Below are positions 17,662 through 26,856 of a stretch of DNA of 43,206 bases, piece by piece. The position numbers were made by a program, and so were the translations under genes. Origin of the DNA: an uncultured Gammaproteobacteria bacterium (GTDB lineage Bacteria > Patescibacteriota > Patescibacteriia > UBA2591 > UBA6264); NCBI GenBank assembly GCA_964566895.1, contig CAZMJP010000003.1, positions 1 through 43,206 on the forward strand. Direction: 5' to 3'. The notes under the pieces are model-generated. The model was not told where the DNA came from. It did no database searches and saw only the letters and a list, made by a program, of their open reading frames with translations. Positions within the stretch are counted from its first letter, which is position 1; each line of letters begins with the position of its first letter.

Positions 17662-19167
17662 TTAAATGTTTTTTCCGCTAATGACATTTTTAATTTTAGA
17701 CCTTATTTCTCCGTCCCAAACTTGAGTGTCAATTTCTTCCCCCTGCCTGACTTGTCTCACGTTCTTTATTACCCTTCCCTTAATTGAAGTAATGCTATAA
17801 CCAAGTCTTAACTGACGCATCGGGTTAACGGTCCTTAGTTGTTTCTCAACTTCATCTAAATAATCATTCAACCAATCAACATTTTTTTGAAAATTAGCTA
17901 AAAGCAAATTTGGAAAACGACCCAGGGTTTTTTTAATGTCTTCCAAAATATAACCCAAGGATATTAACTTATTGTTTAACTGATATTTAGCCGCTTCAAA
18001 TCTTTTAAAGATAAAACTGGACTTTAACATCAATCCGCGGATCAACGCTTCTAATTGATATTTGCTCCCGCTCAATATCTGCTGATACTTATTAATGATG
18101 TCTCGCTCAAAAATTTGGACCTTAGCTAACGCCTTTTCCCACGACCTGTTCAAAAACATCGCGGCAGCAGTAGGGGTAGAGACCATCAAATCCGCCGCCA
18201 TTGAAGCAAGGGGAACATCTTTTTCATGACCAATTCCGCAAATAACCGGAACATTAGATTTAGTAATTCTCCTGACTAAGGCTTCATTATTAAACGCTTG
18301 AAGACTCTCTAAGCTTCCGCCACCTCTAATAATAACCAAAACGTCAATATTTTTATTATCAAGATAATTAATGGCTGAAATCAAATCTCGCACCGCAACT
18401 TGTCCCTCCACTCTTGAATTAACAAATTTAATCTGATATCCATATTTACCAAGATTATTTAAGAAATCGTGGATAACCGCGCCCGTCTCAGAAGTTATCA
18501 ATCCAATCTTTTGAGAAAATTCCGGTATCTGCCTTTTTCTCTCCGGCGCGAACAATCCTTCTTTTTCAAATCTCTTCTTTTGTTCGTCATACGCTTTTTT
18601 AAGAGCTCCTTCGCCGACCAGCTCTGCCGTAGATACTCTGAAGCTCAGTCGGCCGGTCGGTTTATAAATCTCAGGAAACCCCTCAACTATAATTTCTATC
18701 CCTTGTTCAAATAAAATTCCGCACAATTCACAGTCGCTTCCCCACATAAAACATTTAAGAACGCTTTCATTGTCTTTATCTTTCAGAGAAAAAAATAAAT
18801 AATTCTCTCTAGTGTCTAAACTACTGACTTCCCCCTGAACGCGCGCCTTTTGCTCTCTCAATTCAACATTGAGCAAGTTAAGATAATTGCTCACAGTATA
18901 CGGCTTTTTATCTCGGCTGTCGTTTTTATCAAGACTGACTTTCTTAAATTTAACGGGATTAACCAACCTCAATATATCATTGCCATACTTCTCAAGCTTC
19001 TTTTCTTTAATGCCTTTAATGGCTAAAAGTTCTTTTTTGTCGATTGGTTTTGCCAAAGCGATATTTTCAACTGTCTTATTGGGAAAAACGCGAAAGGGTT
19101 CAACGCCCTCATTTTGGGCAGTGGTATTTCTCCAGTTTTTTAATTTTTGTAAGAGATCTTTATCCAT
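17662..19167 (-). CDS. xseA: Exodeoxyribonuclease VII large subunit with an N-terminal HRDC-like domain
   Basis: The first ~70 residues (LKNWRNTTAQNEGVEPFRVFPNKTVENIALAKPIDKKELLAIKGIKEKKLEKYG) look like HRDC. The rest has the XseA OB-fold and catalytic core (..IGLITSETGAVIHDF.. ..RGGGSLESLQAFNNE..GHEKD). Confidence 0.88.
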   Translation of the reverse strand: MDKDLLQKLKNWRNTTAQNEGVEPFRVFPNKTVENIALAKPIDKKELLAIKGIKEKKLEKYGNDILRLVNPVKFKKVSLDKNDSRDKKPYTVSNYLNLLNVELREQKARVQGEVSSLDTRENYLFFSLKDKDNESVLKCFMWGSDCELCGILFEQGIEIIVEGFPEIYKPTGRLSFRVSTAELVGEGALKKAYDEQKKRFEKEGLFAPERKRQIPEFSQKIGLITSETGAVIHDFLNNLGKYGYQIKFVNSRVEGQVAVRDLISAINYLDNKNIDVLVIIRGGGSLESLQAFNNEALVRRITKSNVPVICGIGHEKDVPLASMAADLMVSTPTAAAMFLNRSWEKALAKVQIFERDIINKYQQILSGSKYQLEALIRGLMLKSSFIFKRFEAAKYQLNNKLISLGYILEDIKKTLGRFPNLLLANFQKNVDWLNDYLDEVEKQLRTVNPMRQLRLGYSITSIKGRVIKNVRQVRQGEEIDTQVWDGEIRSKIKNVISGKNI

Positions 19168-19215
19168 AAATTACCGCCTCAAGCAACAATTTGCCGGACT
19201 GAAGGCGAGAGTGAA

Positions 19216-20469
19216 TTATTCTAAATATCTTCTATTTTTTAATTCCTCGGGCAAATATTCTTGCTTTTCTTTATAATTATAATCTGGACTGTATTTATAT
19301 CCCTTCCCATAGCCGATTTCTTTCATTAATTTTGTCGGCGCGTTACGGATAGGCAAAGGCACCGGCAAATTGCCGTATTTTCTCACATCTTCAGCCGCTT
19401 TTTCGTAAGCCACGTATAAATCGTTTGATTTTTTACATTTAGCCATATAAACCACAACCTGAGCCAAAACTACGTTACACTCGGGCAAACCAATGAAGTG
19501 GCAGGCCTGATAAGCGGCCACTGCCTGCTCTAAAGCGCGAGAATTAGATAAACCAATGTCCTCGGAAGCAAAACGGATTAATCTCCGAGCAATATACAAT
19601 GGGTCTTCCCCCGCTTCAATCATTCTGGCTAACCAATAAAGCGCGGCGTTAAAGTCAGAACCGCGCATTGATTTATGCAGGGCGGAAATAATGTTGTAAT
19701 GCTCTTCTCCATTTTTATCATAAAAAAGATGAGTTTTTTGAAAAATTTGTTTAACTGTGTCTAAAGTAATTTCTAAAACGCCTCTGTCTTTTTTATTTCC
19801 GGTCTTGATGCCCTTATCCGGACTGGAAAAGACAGCATATTCCAAGGCGTTCAAAGCCATTCTAGCGTCGCCGTTGCTCATTTGAGCAATAGTTTCAATA
19901 ACTTTATCTTCAATCTTGATTTTTAATTCACCCAATCCCCTTTTTTTGTCCTTTAAAGCAGATTTAATAATTTGAATTAATTGATTTTTATCTAAAGCTT
20001 TTAGAACGAAAACTCGGCAACGGGAAAGTAATGAACCGACTACTTCAAAACTGGGATTTTCTGTGGTCGCGCCGATCAAAATAATAATCCCCTTCTCCAC
20101 ATAAGGCAATAAAGCGTCTTGTTGGGCTTTATTCCAGCGGTGGATTTCGTCAATAAAAAGAATAGTATTTTTATTCTTTCTTTTATTTTCTTCAGCTCTT
20201 TTAAGAATTTCTCTTAAATCTTTCAAACCACTATCAACGGCGCTAATCCTTTTAAACTCTGATTTAGTCTGTTTGGCAATTATAAAAGCCAGGGTTGTTT
20301 TGCCGCTTCCCGGCGGGCCCCAAAAAATTATTGAAGGAAGCTTATCGGACTCAATTGCCTGTTTTAAAAGGGTCTTTTCGCCGACAATCTCCTTTTGGCC
20401 TAAAAAATTTTTCAAAGACAAAGGCCTTATTCTATCTGCTAAAGGAGTGTTTTGAGACAAGTTAATCAT
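19216..20469 (-). CDS. rarA: Replication-associated recombination protein A (AAA+ ATPase RarA/MgsA)
   Basis: LADRIRP..L..F.GQ, Walker A GPPGSGKTTLA and FIDEIHRWNKAQQDALLP are present, along with the MgsA C-terminal domain (HYNIISALHKSMRGSD). Confidence 0.93.
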   Translation of the reverse strand: MINLSQNTPLADRIRPLSLKNFLGQKEIVGEKTLLKQAIESDKLPSIIFWGPPGSGKTTLAFIIAKQTKSEFKRISAVDSGLKDLREILKRAEENKRKNKNTILFIDEIHRWNKAQQDALLPYVEKGIIILIGATTENPSFEVVGSLLSRCRVFVLKALDKNQLIQIIKSALKDKKRGLGELKIKIEDKVIETIAQMSNGDARMALNALEYAVFSSPDKGIKTGNKKDRGVLEITLDTVKQIFQKTHLFYDKNGEEHYNIISALHKSMRGSDFNAALYWLARMIEAGEDPLYIARRLIRFASEDIGLSNSRALEQAVAAYQACHFIGLPECNVVLAQVVVYMAKCKKSNDLYVAYEKAAEDVRKYGNLPVPLPIRNAPTKLMKEIGYGKGYKYSPDYNYKEKQEYLPEELKNRRYLE

Positions 20470-20475
20470 AATTGG

Positions 20476-22194
20476 TTATTTATTTCTCAAGACTCTTAAA
20501 AGTTTCTCTAACGGCAAGGCGTTAACCACATCCTCTTTTTCTATCCAGCCGCGACGAGCTGTAGCCACACCGAATTGGAGCATTCCAAGTTGGTTGGCCC
20601 TATGGGCATCGGTTGAAATGGCTATCTTTACCCCCCTAATTTTGGCTAATCGGGACTGGTTGGCGTTTAAATCAAGCCTCGTCCAAAAAGAGTTTACTTC
20701 CATAATTGTGCCTGTATTTTTAGCTGTCTTCAAAATTTCTTCCATATCCACTTCATACGGTTCTCTTTTATTAATTAATCTGCCAGTCGGATGCGCCAAA
20801 ATATGCAAATAAGGATTCTTCAAAGCTTTAATAATTTTCTGTGTCATTTCATTTTTCGGCAGATGAAATCCGGAGTGAACGGCGCCTATAACCAAATCCA
20901 ACTTTTTTAAAATCTTGTCGGGCAGATATAATTGACCGTTTTTCTGAATATCAACTTCTGCTCCGGCTAAAATCCTGATTCCCTTCATCTTCTGGTTCAC
21001 TCGCTTAATATCCTTAATGTAATCCAAAATATTTTTTGAGTCTAATCCATTGGTCACTCCGATTGGCGAAGCATGATCGGTAATAGCAATATATTTGTAC
21101 CCCCTTTTCCTTGCCGCCTCGGCTATTTGTAAAATTGAATCAGTTCCGTCTGACCAATCAGTATGAATATGCAAATCGCCTTGAATCTGTTTTAGATTGA
21201 TCAATTTAGGCAACTTATCCTGTTTAGCCGCCTCAATTTCACCTTCGTCTTCCCTGATTTCCGGAGGAATCCAAGACAGTCCAACCGCTTTAAATACTTC
21301 CTCCTCTCTTCTCCCGCCAACTCTGATCAGACCTTTGACTTTATAGATTCCGTATTCATTGATTCTTAAGCCCTTTTCCATACCTAAACGTCGGATGCGG
21401 ATATTATGGGCTTTAGAACCGGTGAAATAATGCAAAGCGGCCCCTAAACTCTCTGGTTTGACCACCCTTAAATCTGCTTCTGGTCCGTCCTTGATAACCA
21501 CATTAGCTTTAGTTGGTCCTTTAGCCAAAACCTTTTGGACCATGGGTAATTGAGTAAAAAAATCAATTGCTTTTTGCGGAGTTTTAGAAGTGACTAAAAT
21601 ATCTAAATCACCAACAATTTCTTTAGCCCGACGGATTGAGCCGCAAACTTCAACCCAATCAACGAATTTTGATTGTTTTAATCTTTTTAAAATATCTTGA
21701 GATAAAAAATAAGCTTCGCCCAAGGTGAAGCGCCGACTAAACCGTTTATAAAGAGCAAGGCCGCGTAAAATGTTCTCTTCGCTCTTTTCTTTCCACCCTT
21801 TTAATTTCAAAAGCTTATGCGATTTAACCAATCTCCCTAATTGAGGAATTGTCTTAACTCCAAATTTCTGATAAAACAATTTTACTTTTTTGGGACCTAA
21901 TCCTTCAATTTTTAAGAATTCTAAAACGCTCAAGGGAATTCTCTTTTTCAATTTTTCGAGTTCTTTACATTTCCCAGTCTCAATTAAATCTTTGATTATA
22001 TCAGCAATCCCCTTGCCCACTCCGGGTATTTGCTCTAAAGCGTTTTGCTGATAAATTTGATTAATATCTTTAGATAAAGTTTCAATTACCTGAGATGACC
22101 GACGATAAGCAATTACTCTAAACTGGTTGGCGCCGGTAATTTCTAAAATATCGGCTATTTGGCTTAAAAAATGGGCAACTTCAATATTATTCAT
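20476..22194 (-). CDS. polX: Family X DNA polymerase with a C-terminal PHP domain (PolX)
   Basis: The N-terminus has HhH/8-kDa and nucleotidyltransferase motifs (GSIRRAKEIVGDLDILV). The C-terminal PHP domain shows LHIHTDWSDG and ITDHA. Confidence 0.9.
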   Translation of the reverse strand: MNNIEVAHFLSQIADILEITGANQFRVIAYRRSSQVIETLSKDINQIYQQNALEQIPGVGKGIADIIKDLIETGKCKELEKLKKRIPLSVLEFLKIEGLGPKKVKLFYQKFGVKTIPQLGRLVKSHKLLKLKGWKEKSEENILRGLALYKRFSRRFTLGEAYFLSQDILKRLKQSKFVDWVEVCGSIRRAKEIVGDLDILVTSKTPQKAIDFFTQLPMVQKVLAKGPTKANVVIKDGPEADLRVVKPESLGAALHYFTGSKAHNIRIRRLGMEKGLRINEYGIYKVKGLIRVGGRREEEVFKAVGLSWIPPEIREDEGEIEAAKQDKLPKLINLKQIQGDLHIHTDWSDGTDSILQIAEAARKRGYKYIAITDHASPIGVTNGLDSKNILDYIKDIKRVNQKMKGIRILAGAEVDIQKNGQLYLPDKILKKLDLVIGAVHSGFHLPKNEMTQKIIKALKNPYLHILAHPTGRLINKREPYEVDMEEILKTAKNTGTIMEVNSFWTRLDLNANQSRLAKIRGVKIAISTDAHRANQLGMLQFGVATARRGWIEKEDVVNALPLEKLLRVLRNK

Positions 22195-22345
22195 GAAATA
22201 CCGTTATATTTAATTCTATATAAAAAATCTGTCCTTGTAGATTAATCCCGTTTTGGGGAGTAAATTATAAACCTCTCCTCCTCTCAACGGAATTTATTTA
22301 AAAGGAAGTATTAAAAAAACGAAAAATTTTGGTCGTGAAGAGAGT

Positions 22346-22501
22346 TTAGACTTTGCCCATAATCCTGAACATCTTTGTGCCGCAAACCGGGCAAATGCCT
22401 TTGGCGGCTTTGCGCTTTGTCCCACCCTTGCCTTTCATAATGATTTCTTTCTCGTCCTGCATGTCTCTTTTCTCTTTACATTTTACGCAATAAGCTTGCA
22501 T
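22346..22501 (-). CDS. Small zinc-ribbon protein (51 aa, DUF5679-like); not in the ORF track
   Basis: MQAYCVKCKEKRDMQDEKEIIMKGKGGTKRKAAKGICPVCGTKMFRIMGKV has a CxxC..CxxC ribbon. Its own promoter lies upstream. Confidence 0.65.
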   Translation of the reverse strand: MQAYCVKCKEKRDMQDEKEIIMKGKGGTKRKAAKGICPVCGTKMFRIMGKV

Positions 22502-22537
22502 AGTAATAAATTGATTATTTTTTTATTTATAGACGTA

Positions 22538-22565
22538 ATTATAGCAAAAATTGTATTTTAAGCAA
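22538..22565 (-). promoter_or_regulatory. Sigma70-type promoter with an extended -10
   Basis: On the minus strand it reads TTGCTT-16 nt-(TGC)TATAAT, 36 nt upstream of the zinc-ribbon ORF. Confidence 0.5.
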
Positions 22566-22590
22566 GATAGATAGACATTGCTGTGGAAAA

Positions 22591-23865
22591 CTACTCTGCC
22601 TCTTGTTGGCTTAAAAATTCCAATAACGTCTGTTGATGAAATTCGAAATCCTCGCGATATAAATCTTTGATCGGTTCTGAACGTTCGAAATTTTGGGTCA
22701 AAGGATTAATCAGTTGGCTGTATTTCGTCATTGCATAATCTAAATGACAGCCGGTGGAAGTGCCGGTAATGCCGACAAAACCGACAATCTGCCCTTGGGT
22801 CACTCTTACTCCATATTTTATATCCTTACCATAAGCTGATAAATGAGAATAACGAGTGGTATAAACTCCATTATGACGAATTTCTACTGTTTTACCGTAA
22901 ACGTTATTTTTCCAACCGACAAATATAACTGTTCCGTCTCCAGCGGCGGAGACAGGCGTGCCGCACGCCGCAACATAATCAATGGCGCGATGGGTGGTAT
23001 AGATGTTCCAAACGGGATGAAGACGTTTTAAACTATAGCTAGAACTGATATAGCGATAATTAATCGGCGCCTTTAAAAATTGCCTTCTTAAACAATTCCC
23101 CTCTAAATCATAATAGTCCTCTCTCCCCTCGGGATCTTTATAATAAATCGCCCAATGGTTTTTATCTTGATTTTGATAACGAGCCGCTAAAATTCTCCCA
23201 GGGCTGACCTCCTCGCCGTTTAAAGATCTTTTTTCATACAGAAGTTCAAACTCGTCTCCTTCTCTAACTTCAAGCCCAAAATCAATATCCCAAGCAAATA
23301 TATCGGCCATTTCCATAATCGTCTTGTCTTTCAACCCCAGGTTTTGGCCGGTTAAATAAAGCGAATCTTTAACTATACCTGAATCTCGGGTTAACTCTAT
23401 ATCATATTTGTTTTTTATTTTTTGGGCGCTAATCCCATTTTCTGTTTTTTCAATAACTAAATAATTATCTTCATCAATGTTGTAAATCATTTTTTTAAAT
23501 TCATTGGTTTGCAAATCAAAAGAAGACTCAATCCTATTCCCGGCTCTGATTTGAGCTAAATCATAAACCCGTTCTGATGCTTGGATGATTTCCTGAACTT
23601 CCTTGTCGGTTAAACCCAAGCCGACCGCCAGATTGGAAAATACTTCGCCAGAACTTATTAGATGTTCTTTAACCTTAAATTTGCTCTCATCATTTAAAAA
23701 AACGCCATCTCCGGCTCCCGGGTTTCTGCGACCATTGGTTGTAATAATGGTTCCGCTGATAATAATCAGCGCAAAAATAATTATTGAGGCGGCAATAAAA
23801 ATAAACAAAGAACAACGCGGCAAATCGACGTTATCTTTGATTAATGATTGTCTTTGATTTCTCAT
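22591..23865 (-). CDS. M23 family peptidoglycan metalloendopeptidase, N-terminally membrane-anchored
   Basis: HRAIDY..GTPVSAAGDGTV.. ..GITGTSTGCHLDY are the M23 metal-binding motifs. A TM helix lies near residues 20-45. Confidence 0.88.
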   Translation of the reverse strand: MRNQRQSLIKDNVDLPRCSLFIFIAASIIIFALIIISGTIITTNGRRNPGAGDGVFLNDESKFKVKEHLISSGEVFSNLAVGLGLTDKEVQEIIQASERVYDLAQIRAGNRIESSFDLQTNEFKKMIYNIDEDNYLVIEKTENGISAQKIKNKYDIELTRDSGIVKDSLYLTGQNLGLKDKTIMEMADIFAWDIDFGLEVREGDEFELLYEKRSLNGEEVSPGRILAARYQNQDKNHWAIYYKDPEGREDYYDLEGNCLRRQFLKAPINYRYISSSYSLKRLHPVWNIYTTHRAIDYVAACGTPVSAAGDGTVIFVGWKNNVYGKTVEIRHNGVYTTRYSHLSAYGKDIKYGVRVTQGQIVGFVGITGTSTGCHLDYAMTKYSQLINPLTQNFERSEPIKDLYREDFEFHQQTLLEFLSQQEAE

Positions 23866-24271
23866 CTTATTCTAATTCTAACCTTTTAAGATTAATTTCG
23901 TCAAGACAAACCCGATTAAAATAAAAGCCCGCTCTTCAGTTTAAACTCGAGAGTGGACTTTTATTTTGATAGAACCGAGGTTCTTTACTTTTTACATCTA
24001 CCTTTGCGTGTTTTCTTTTTGGCAACTCGTCTCCTCGGTTGTTTCTTTTTTTTCTTTGCAGCCATAGGTGTTAATTTTAAAAAATTCTCTCAGATTAATT
24101 TTTCGACCTTTTCTAACAAATATATTATATATTATATAGTACTTTATAAAAAAATAAAACCCCACCTTGTCAAGTGAGAAGCCCTAAATGATTTTTTTCA
24201 GATTAAAAGAAAGGAAATATAACATCATATCTCCCGATTTCTCCCAAAATTATCTACTCTAAACCTTTTTA

Positions 24272-24306
24272 TCAAAAACCGCCGCTTAAAAAATTTTTAA
24301 CGACGG
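24272..24306 (-). terminator. Intrinsic terminator after the 140-aa gene
   Basis: On the minus strand, CCGTCG pairs with CGGCGG around a self-complementary AT-rich extension. The hairpin is followed by TTTTTG. Confidence 0.55.
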
Positions 24307-24308
24307 AT

Positions 24309-24731
24309 TCACTCCCGGCTTATTTGAATAACTTCTGCCGTATAGCTGCCGTCGGAGTTTTTTTCTCCGCTAACCGAAATTTGGTCGCCAATCTTAACGT
24401 CAGCCGGCGAACTTTTGACGAATTCCCTGATATCCGTAGCATTGGAAAAAAACACGATTCTTGACCCGCCATCGCCCAGTTTGAGGGTCAAAGAATTTTC
24501 GTCTTTATTTATGATTTCGCCGTTTAAAAACGCTGTCCCGGCCGTTGGCCTGAAATCACCGGCAAATTTTTTTTCACCACTCCGATTAACAAACTGCTGG
24601 CGCTGTTCCGAAGACAACCCTTGAAAATTTTGAAAAGGGTTCTTGCTCTCGCTGTACTTCATCCCGCCGTAAAACGATGCCCCGACCGCCGCTAAAATCA
24701 CAATAATAAAAATCGGTAATAATTTTTTCAT
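24309..24731 (-). CDS. Small secreted or anchored beta-rich protein, paralog of 28763..29332
   Basis: It has a signal/TM segment (MKKLLPIFIIVILAAVGASFYGG). The C-terminal module ..SLTLKLGDGGSRIVFFSNATDI..ADVKIGDQISVSGEKNSDGSYTAEVIQI aligns by eye with the 190-aa protein upstream of the exporter. Confidence 0.7.
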   Translation of the reverse strand: MKKLLPIFIIVILAAVGASFYGGMKYSESKNPFQNFQGLSSEQRQQFVNRSGEKKFAGDFRPTAGTAFLNGEIINKDENSLTLKLGDGGSRIVFFSNATDIREFVKSSPADVKIGDQISVSGEKNSDGSYTAEVIQISRE

Positions 24732-24790
24732 AACTTTAATAATTGAAAATTTAAAATTGGTTATTAAAAATTATCTATCCACCTTTGGTG

Positions 24791-24812
24791 GAAAAATTGA
24801 AAATTGAAAATT
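24791..24812. repeat. Three tandem copies of GAAAA(A)TT
   Basis: It reads GAAAAATT GAAAATT GAAAATT, read directly, and lies just 3' of the permease stop codon. Confidence 0.8.
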
Positions 24813-24816
24813 TTAA

Positions 24817-26040
24817 TTACTCGTATCTCAGGGCCTCAATCGGATTGAGATTAGCGGCTTTACGCGCCGGATAATAACCGAAAATAATGCCAATGGCCGC
24901 CGAAACCCCGAAAGCCAAAAAAATAGACCAGGTGGTCACGGAAGTAGTTGTCCCGCTGAATTTCGTCACCAAAACCGAAGCCCCCCAACCTAAAATAATT
25001 CCGACAAGACCGCCGACAAAGGTCAGGGTGACGGATTCGGCTAAAAATTGAAAAGTTATATCCTTATTTTTTGCGCCCAGTGATTTACGCAAACCGATTT
25101 CCCTGGTTCTCTCGGTTACCGTGGTCAACATCATATTCATTATCCCAATGCCGCCGACAACCAAAGAAATACCGGCAATCGCTCCTAAAAGCAGGGTTAA
25201 AGTTTTGGAAACGTCAGACATTGTTTCCATAATGTCCACCTGATTCATAATATTGAAATCCGCATTTAAGGGGTCGGCGATATTGTGTCTTTTCAACAAT
25301 AAACTCGTAATCTCCTCTTGCACCAAAGACATAAAATTTTCTTTTTCAACCTGAATATTAATATCGCTCACCGAATCGCTGCCGGTCAAATAACGTTGAG
25401 TTGTGCTAAGGGGTAGATAAACAAGGTCGTCGGAACTGCCAAAGCCCGTCCCTCCTTTGGATTTTGTCACCCCGATGATTGTAAATTCCATTTTTTCAAT
25501 TTTAACTTTTTGTCCGACCGGATTCGCGCTCTCGCCGAATAAATCATCTCTGGTTGTCGGACCCAAAACCGCGACCTTCGAATTCTTGTCCACATTTTGG
25601 GCAGAAATAAAATTTCCCGTTTCTATCTCAATATTTTTTACTCTGGCATAATCGGGCGTGACGCCGCGAATGCTCGTGTTCGTATTATTACTTTTGAAGA
25701 CGACCTGCTTTCTTACGGAAACTTCCGGCGCCACGACTTCCACATAAGCGATTTCTTTGGCAATCGCCTCGGCGTCGGCAACCACTAAGGTGGTGGCTGA
25801 CCCCATACCGCCACGAACCTGCGACCCGACGCCCCTTTGCGACCCGGGCATTACCACAAGCAAATTCGAACCCAAAGATTGAATGTTTTTTGAGATGTCG
25901 CTTGTCGCCCCCTGACCAATAGCAACCATTGTCACCACCGAGCCAATACCAATCACAATACCTAAAACGGTCAAACCGGACCGGGCTTTGTTCGCCAAAA
26001 CCGCAAAAAACGTCTCTTCAATTAAATCAACAAGTAACAT
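24817..26040 (-). CDS. MacB-type ABC transporter permease (MacB periplasmic domain plus FtsX fold)
   Basis: 407 aa with 4 TM helices and a large loop between TM1 and TM2. The C-terminal region shows the FtsX-like motif (..TERTREIGLRKSLGAKNKDI..). Confidence 0.9.
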   Translation of the reverse strand: MLLVDLIEETFFAVLANKARSGLTVLGIVIGIGSVVTMVAIGQGATSDISKNIQSLGSNLLVVMPGSQRGVGSQVRGGMGSATTLVVADAEAIAKEIAYVEVVAPEVSVRKQVVFKSNNTNTSIRGVTPDYARVKNIEIETGNFISAQNVDKNSKVAVLGPTTRDDLFGESANPVGQKVKIEKMEFTIIGVTKSKGGTGFGSSDDLVYLPLSTTQRYLTGSDSVSDINIQVEKENFMSLVQEEITSLLLKRHNIADPLNADFNIMNQVDIMETMSDVSKTLTLLLGAIAGISLVVGGIGIMNMMLTTVTERTREIGLRKSLGAKNKDITFQFLAESVTLTFVGGLVGIILGWGASVLVTKFSGTTTSVTTWSIFLAFGVSAAIGIIFGYYPARKAANLNPIEALRYE

Positions 26041-26061
26041 AAAAATCTACAATGAATTTTA

Positions 26062-26100
26062 GATTTAAGATTTAAAGTTTAAGGTTTAGAGTTTAAGGTT
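26062..26100. repeat. About five tandem 7-bp units (GATTTAA GATTTAA AGTTTAA GGTTTAG AGTTTAA GG..), the reverse complement of the heptad family at 10052..10093
   Basis: Read directly from the spacer between the ABC ATPase and permease genes. Confidence 0.85.
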
Positions 26101-26116
26101 TTTTAACCTCTTCCCT

Positions 26117-26848
26117 CTATTCCCTGATTTCTCTGACCGTTTTGGAATAACGATTGGACGTGTCTTCAACAATCTCGCCGTCTTTAAGAGTAATCACCCT
26201 ACCTGTATGTTCGGCGATATACCGTTCGTGGGTAATTAAAACGATGGTTCGACCTTCTTTATTTAATTTTTTAAAAGTCTCCAAAACAATTTCTCCAGTC
26301 TTGCTGTCCAGGTTCCCGGTCGGCTCATCGGCTAAAATAATGCTCGGATTATTGACCAAAGCCCGGGCAATCGCCACTCTTTGCATTTGTCCTCCGGATA
26401 ACTGATTTGAAAGATGCTCAAAATGGGACTCATCAAACCCTACATCTCTTAGGGCTTTCTCGGCTATTTTCTGCCGCTTACTTCTAATCGTCTCGGCATA
26501 AACCAAGGGTAGAGAAACATTCCTTAAAACGGTCGCCCGGGGCAAAAGATTAAACGACTGAAAAATAAAGCCGATTTTATTCTTGCGAATATCGGCCAGT
26601 TGGTTATCGTTGAATTTAGAAACGTCATCGCCGTCCAATAAATATTCGCCGCTAGTTGGTGTATCCAATGCTCCCAAAATATGCATCAAAGTCGACTTAC
26701 CCGAACCAGACGCGCCGATAATGGCGACGAACTCCCCGTCCGTTATAGAAAAAGAAACGTCCTTAAGCGCTTTTGTTTCTATCTCCCGGCCCGTAGCGTC
26801 TGAATAGCCGCTCTTATAAATTTTTTTAATTCTCCGGCACTCAATCAT
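26117..26848 (-). CDS. ABC transporter ATP-binding protein (MacB/LolD-like)
   Basis: Walker A is GASGSGKST, the signature is [15 protein letters not shown] and Walker B is [11 protein letters not shown]. The ATG at 26848 is preferred over the track's TTG at 26854. Confidence 0.93.
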   Translation of the reverse strand: MIECRRIKKIYKSGYSDATGREIETKALKDVSFSITDGEFVAIIGASGSGKSTLMHILGALDTPTSGEYLLDGDDVSKFNDNQLADIRKNKIGFIFQSFNLLPRATVLRNVSLPLVYAETIRSKRQKIAEKALRDVGFDESHFEHLSNQLSGGQMQRVAIARALVNNPSIILADEPTGNLDSKTGEIVLETFKKLNKEGRTIVLITHERYIAEHTGRVITLKDGEIVEDTSNRYSKTVREIRE

Positions 26849-26856
26849 ACCCAAAA

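Noticed and set aside
23985-24065. A 26-aa highly basic peptide (MAAKKKKKQPRRRVAKKKTRKGRCKK) on the minus strand between the 140-aa gene and the M23 peptidase.
   Set aside because: It is very short and derives largely from A/T homopolymer runs. I recognise no ribosomal-protein or other family, so it is probably chance. It would need ribosome profiling to revive.
23953-24177. Plus-strand 74-aa ORF.
   Set aside because: It is an AT-rich, low-complexity (poly-F) translation of intergenic DNA with no promoter or RBS. It is antisense to the promoter region of the M23 gene.
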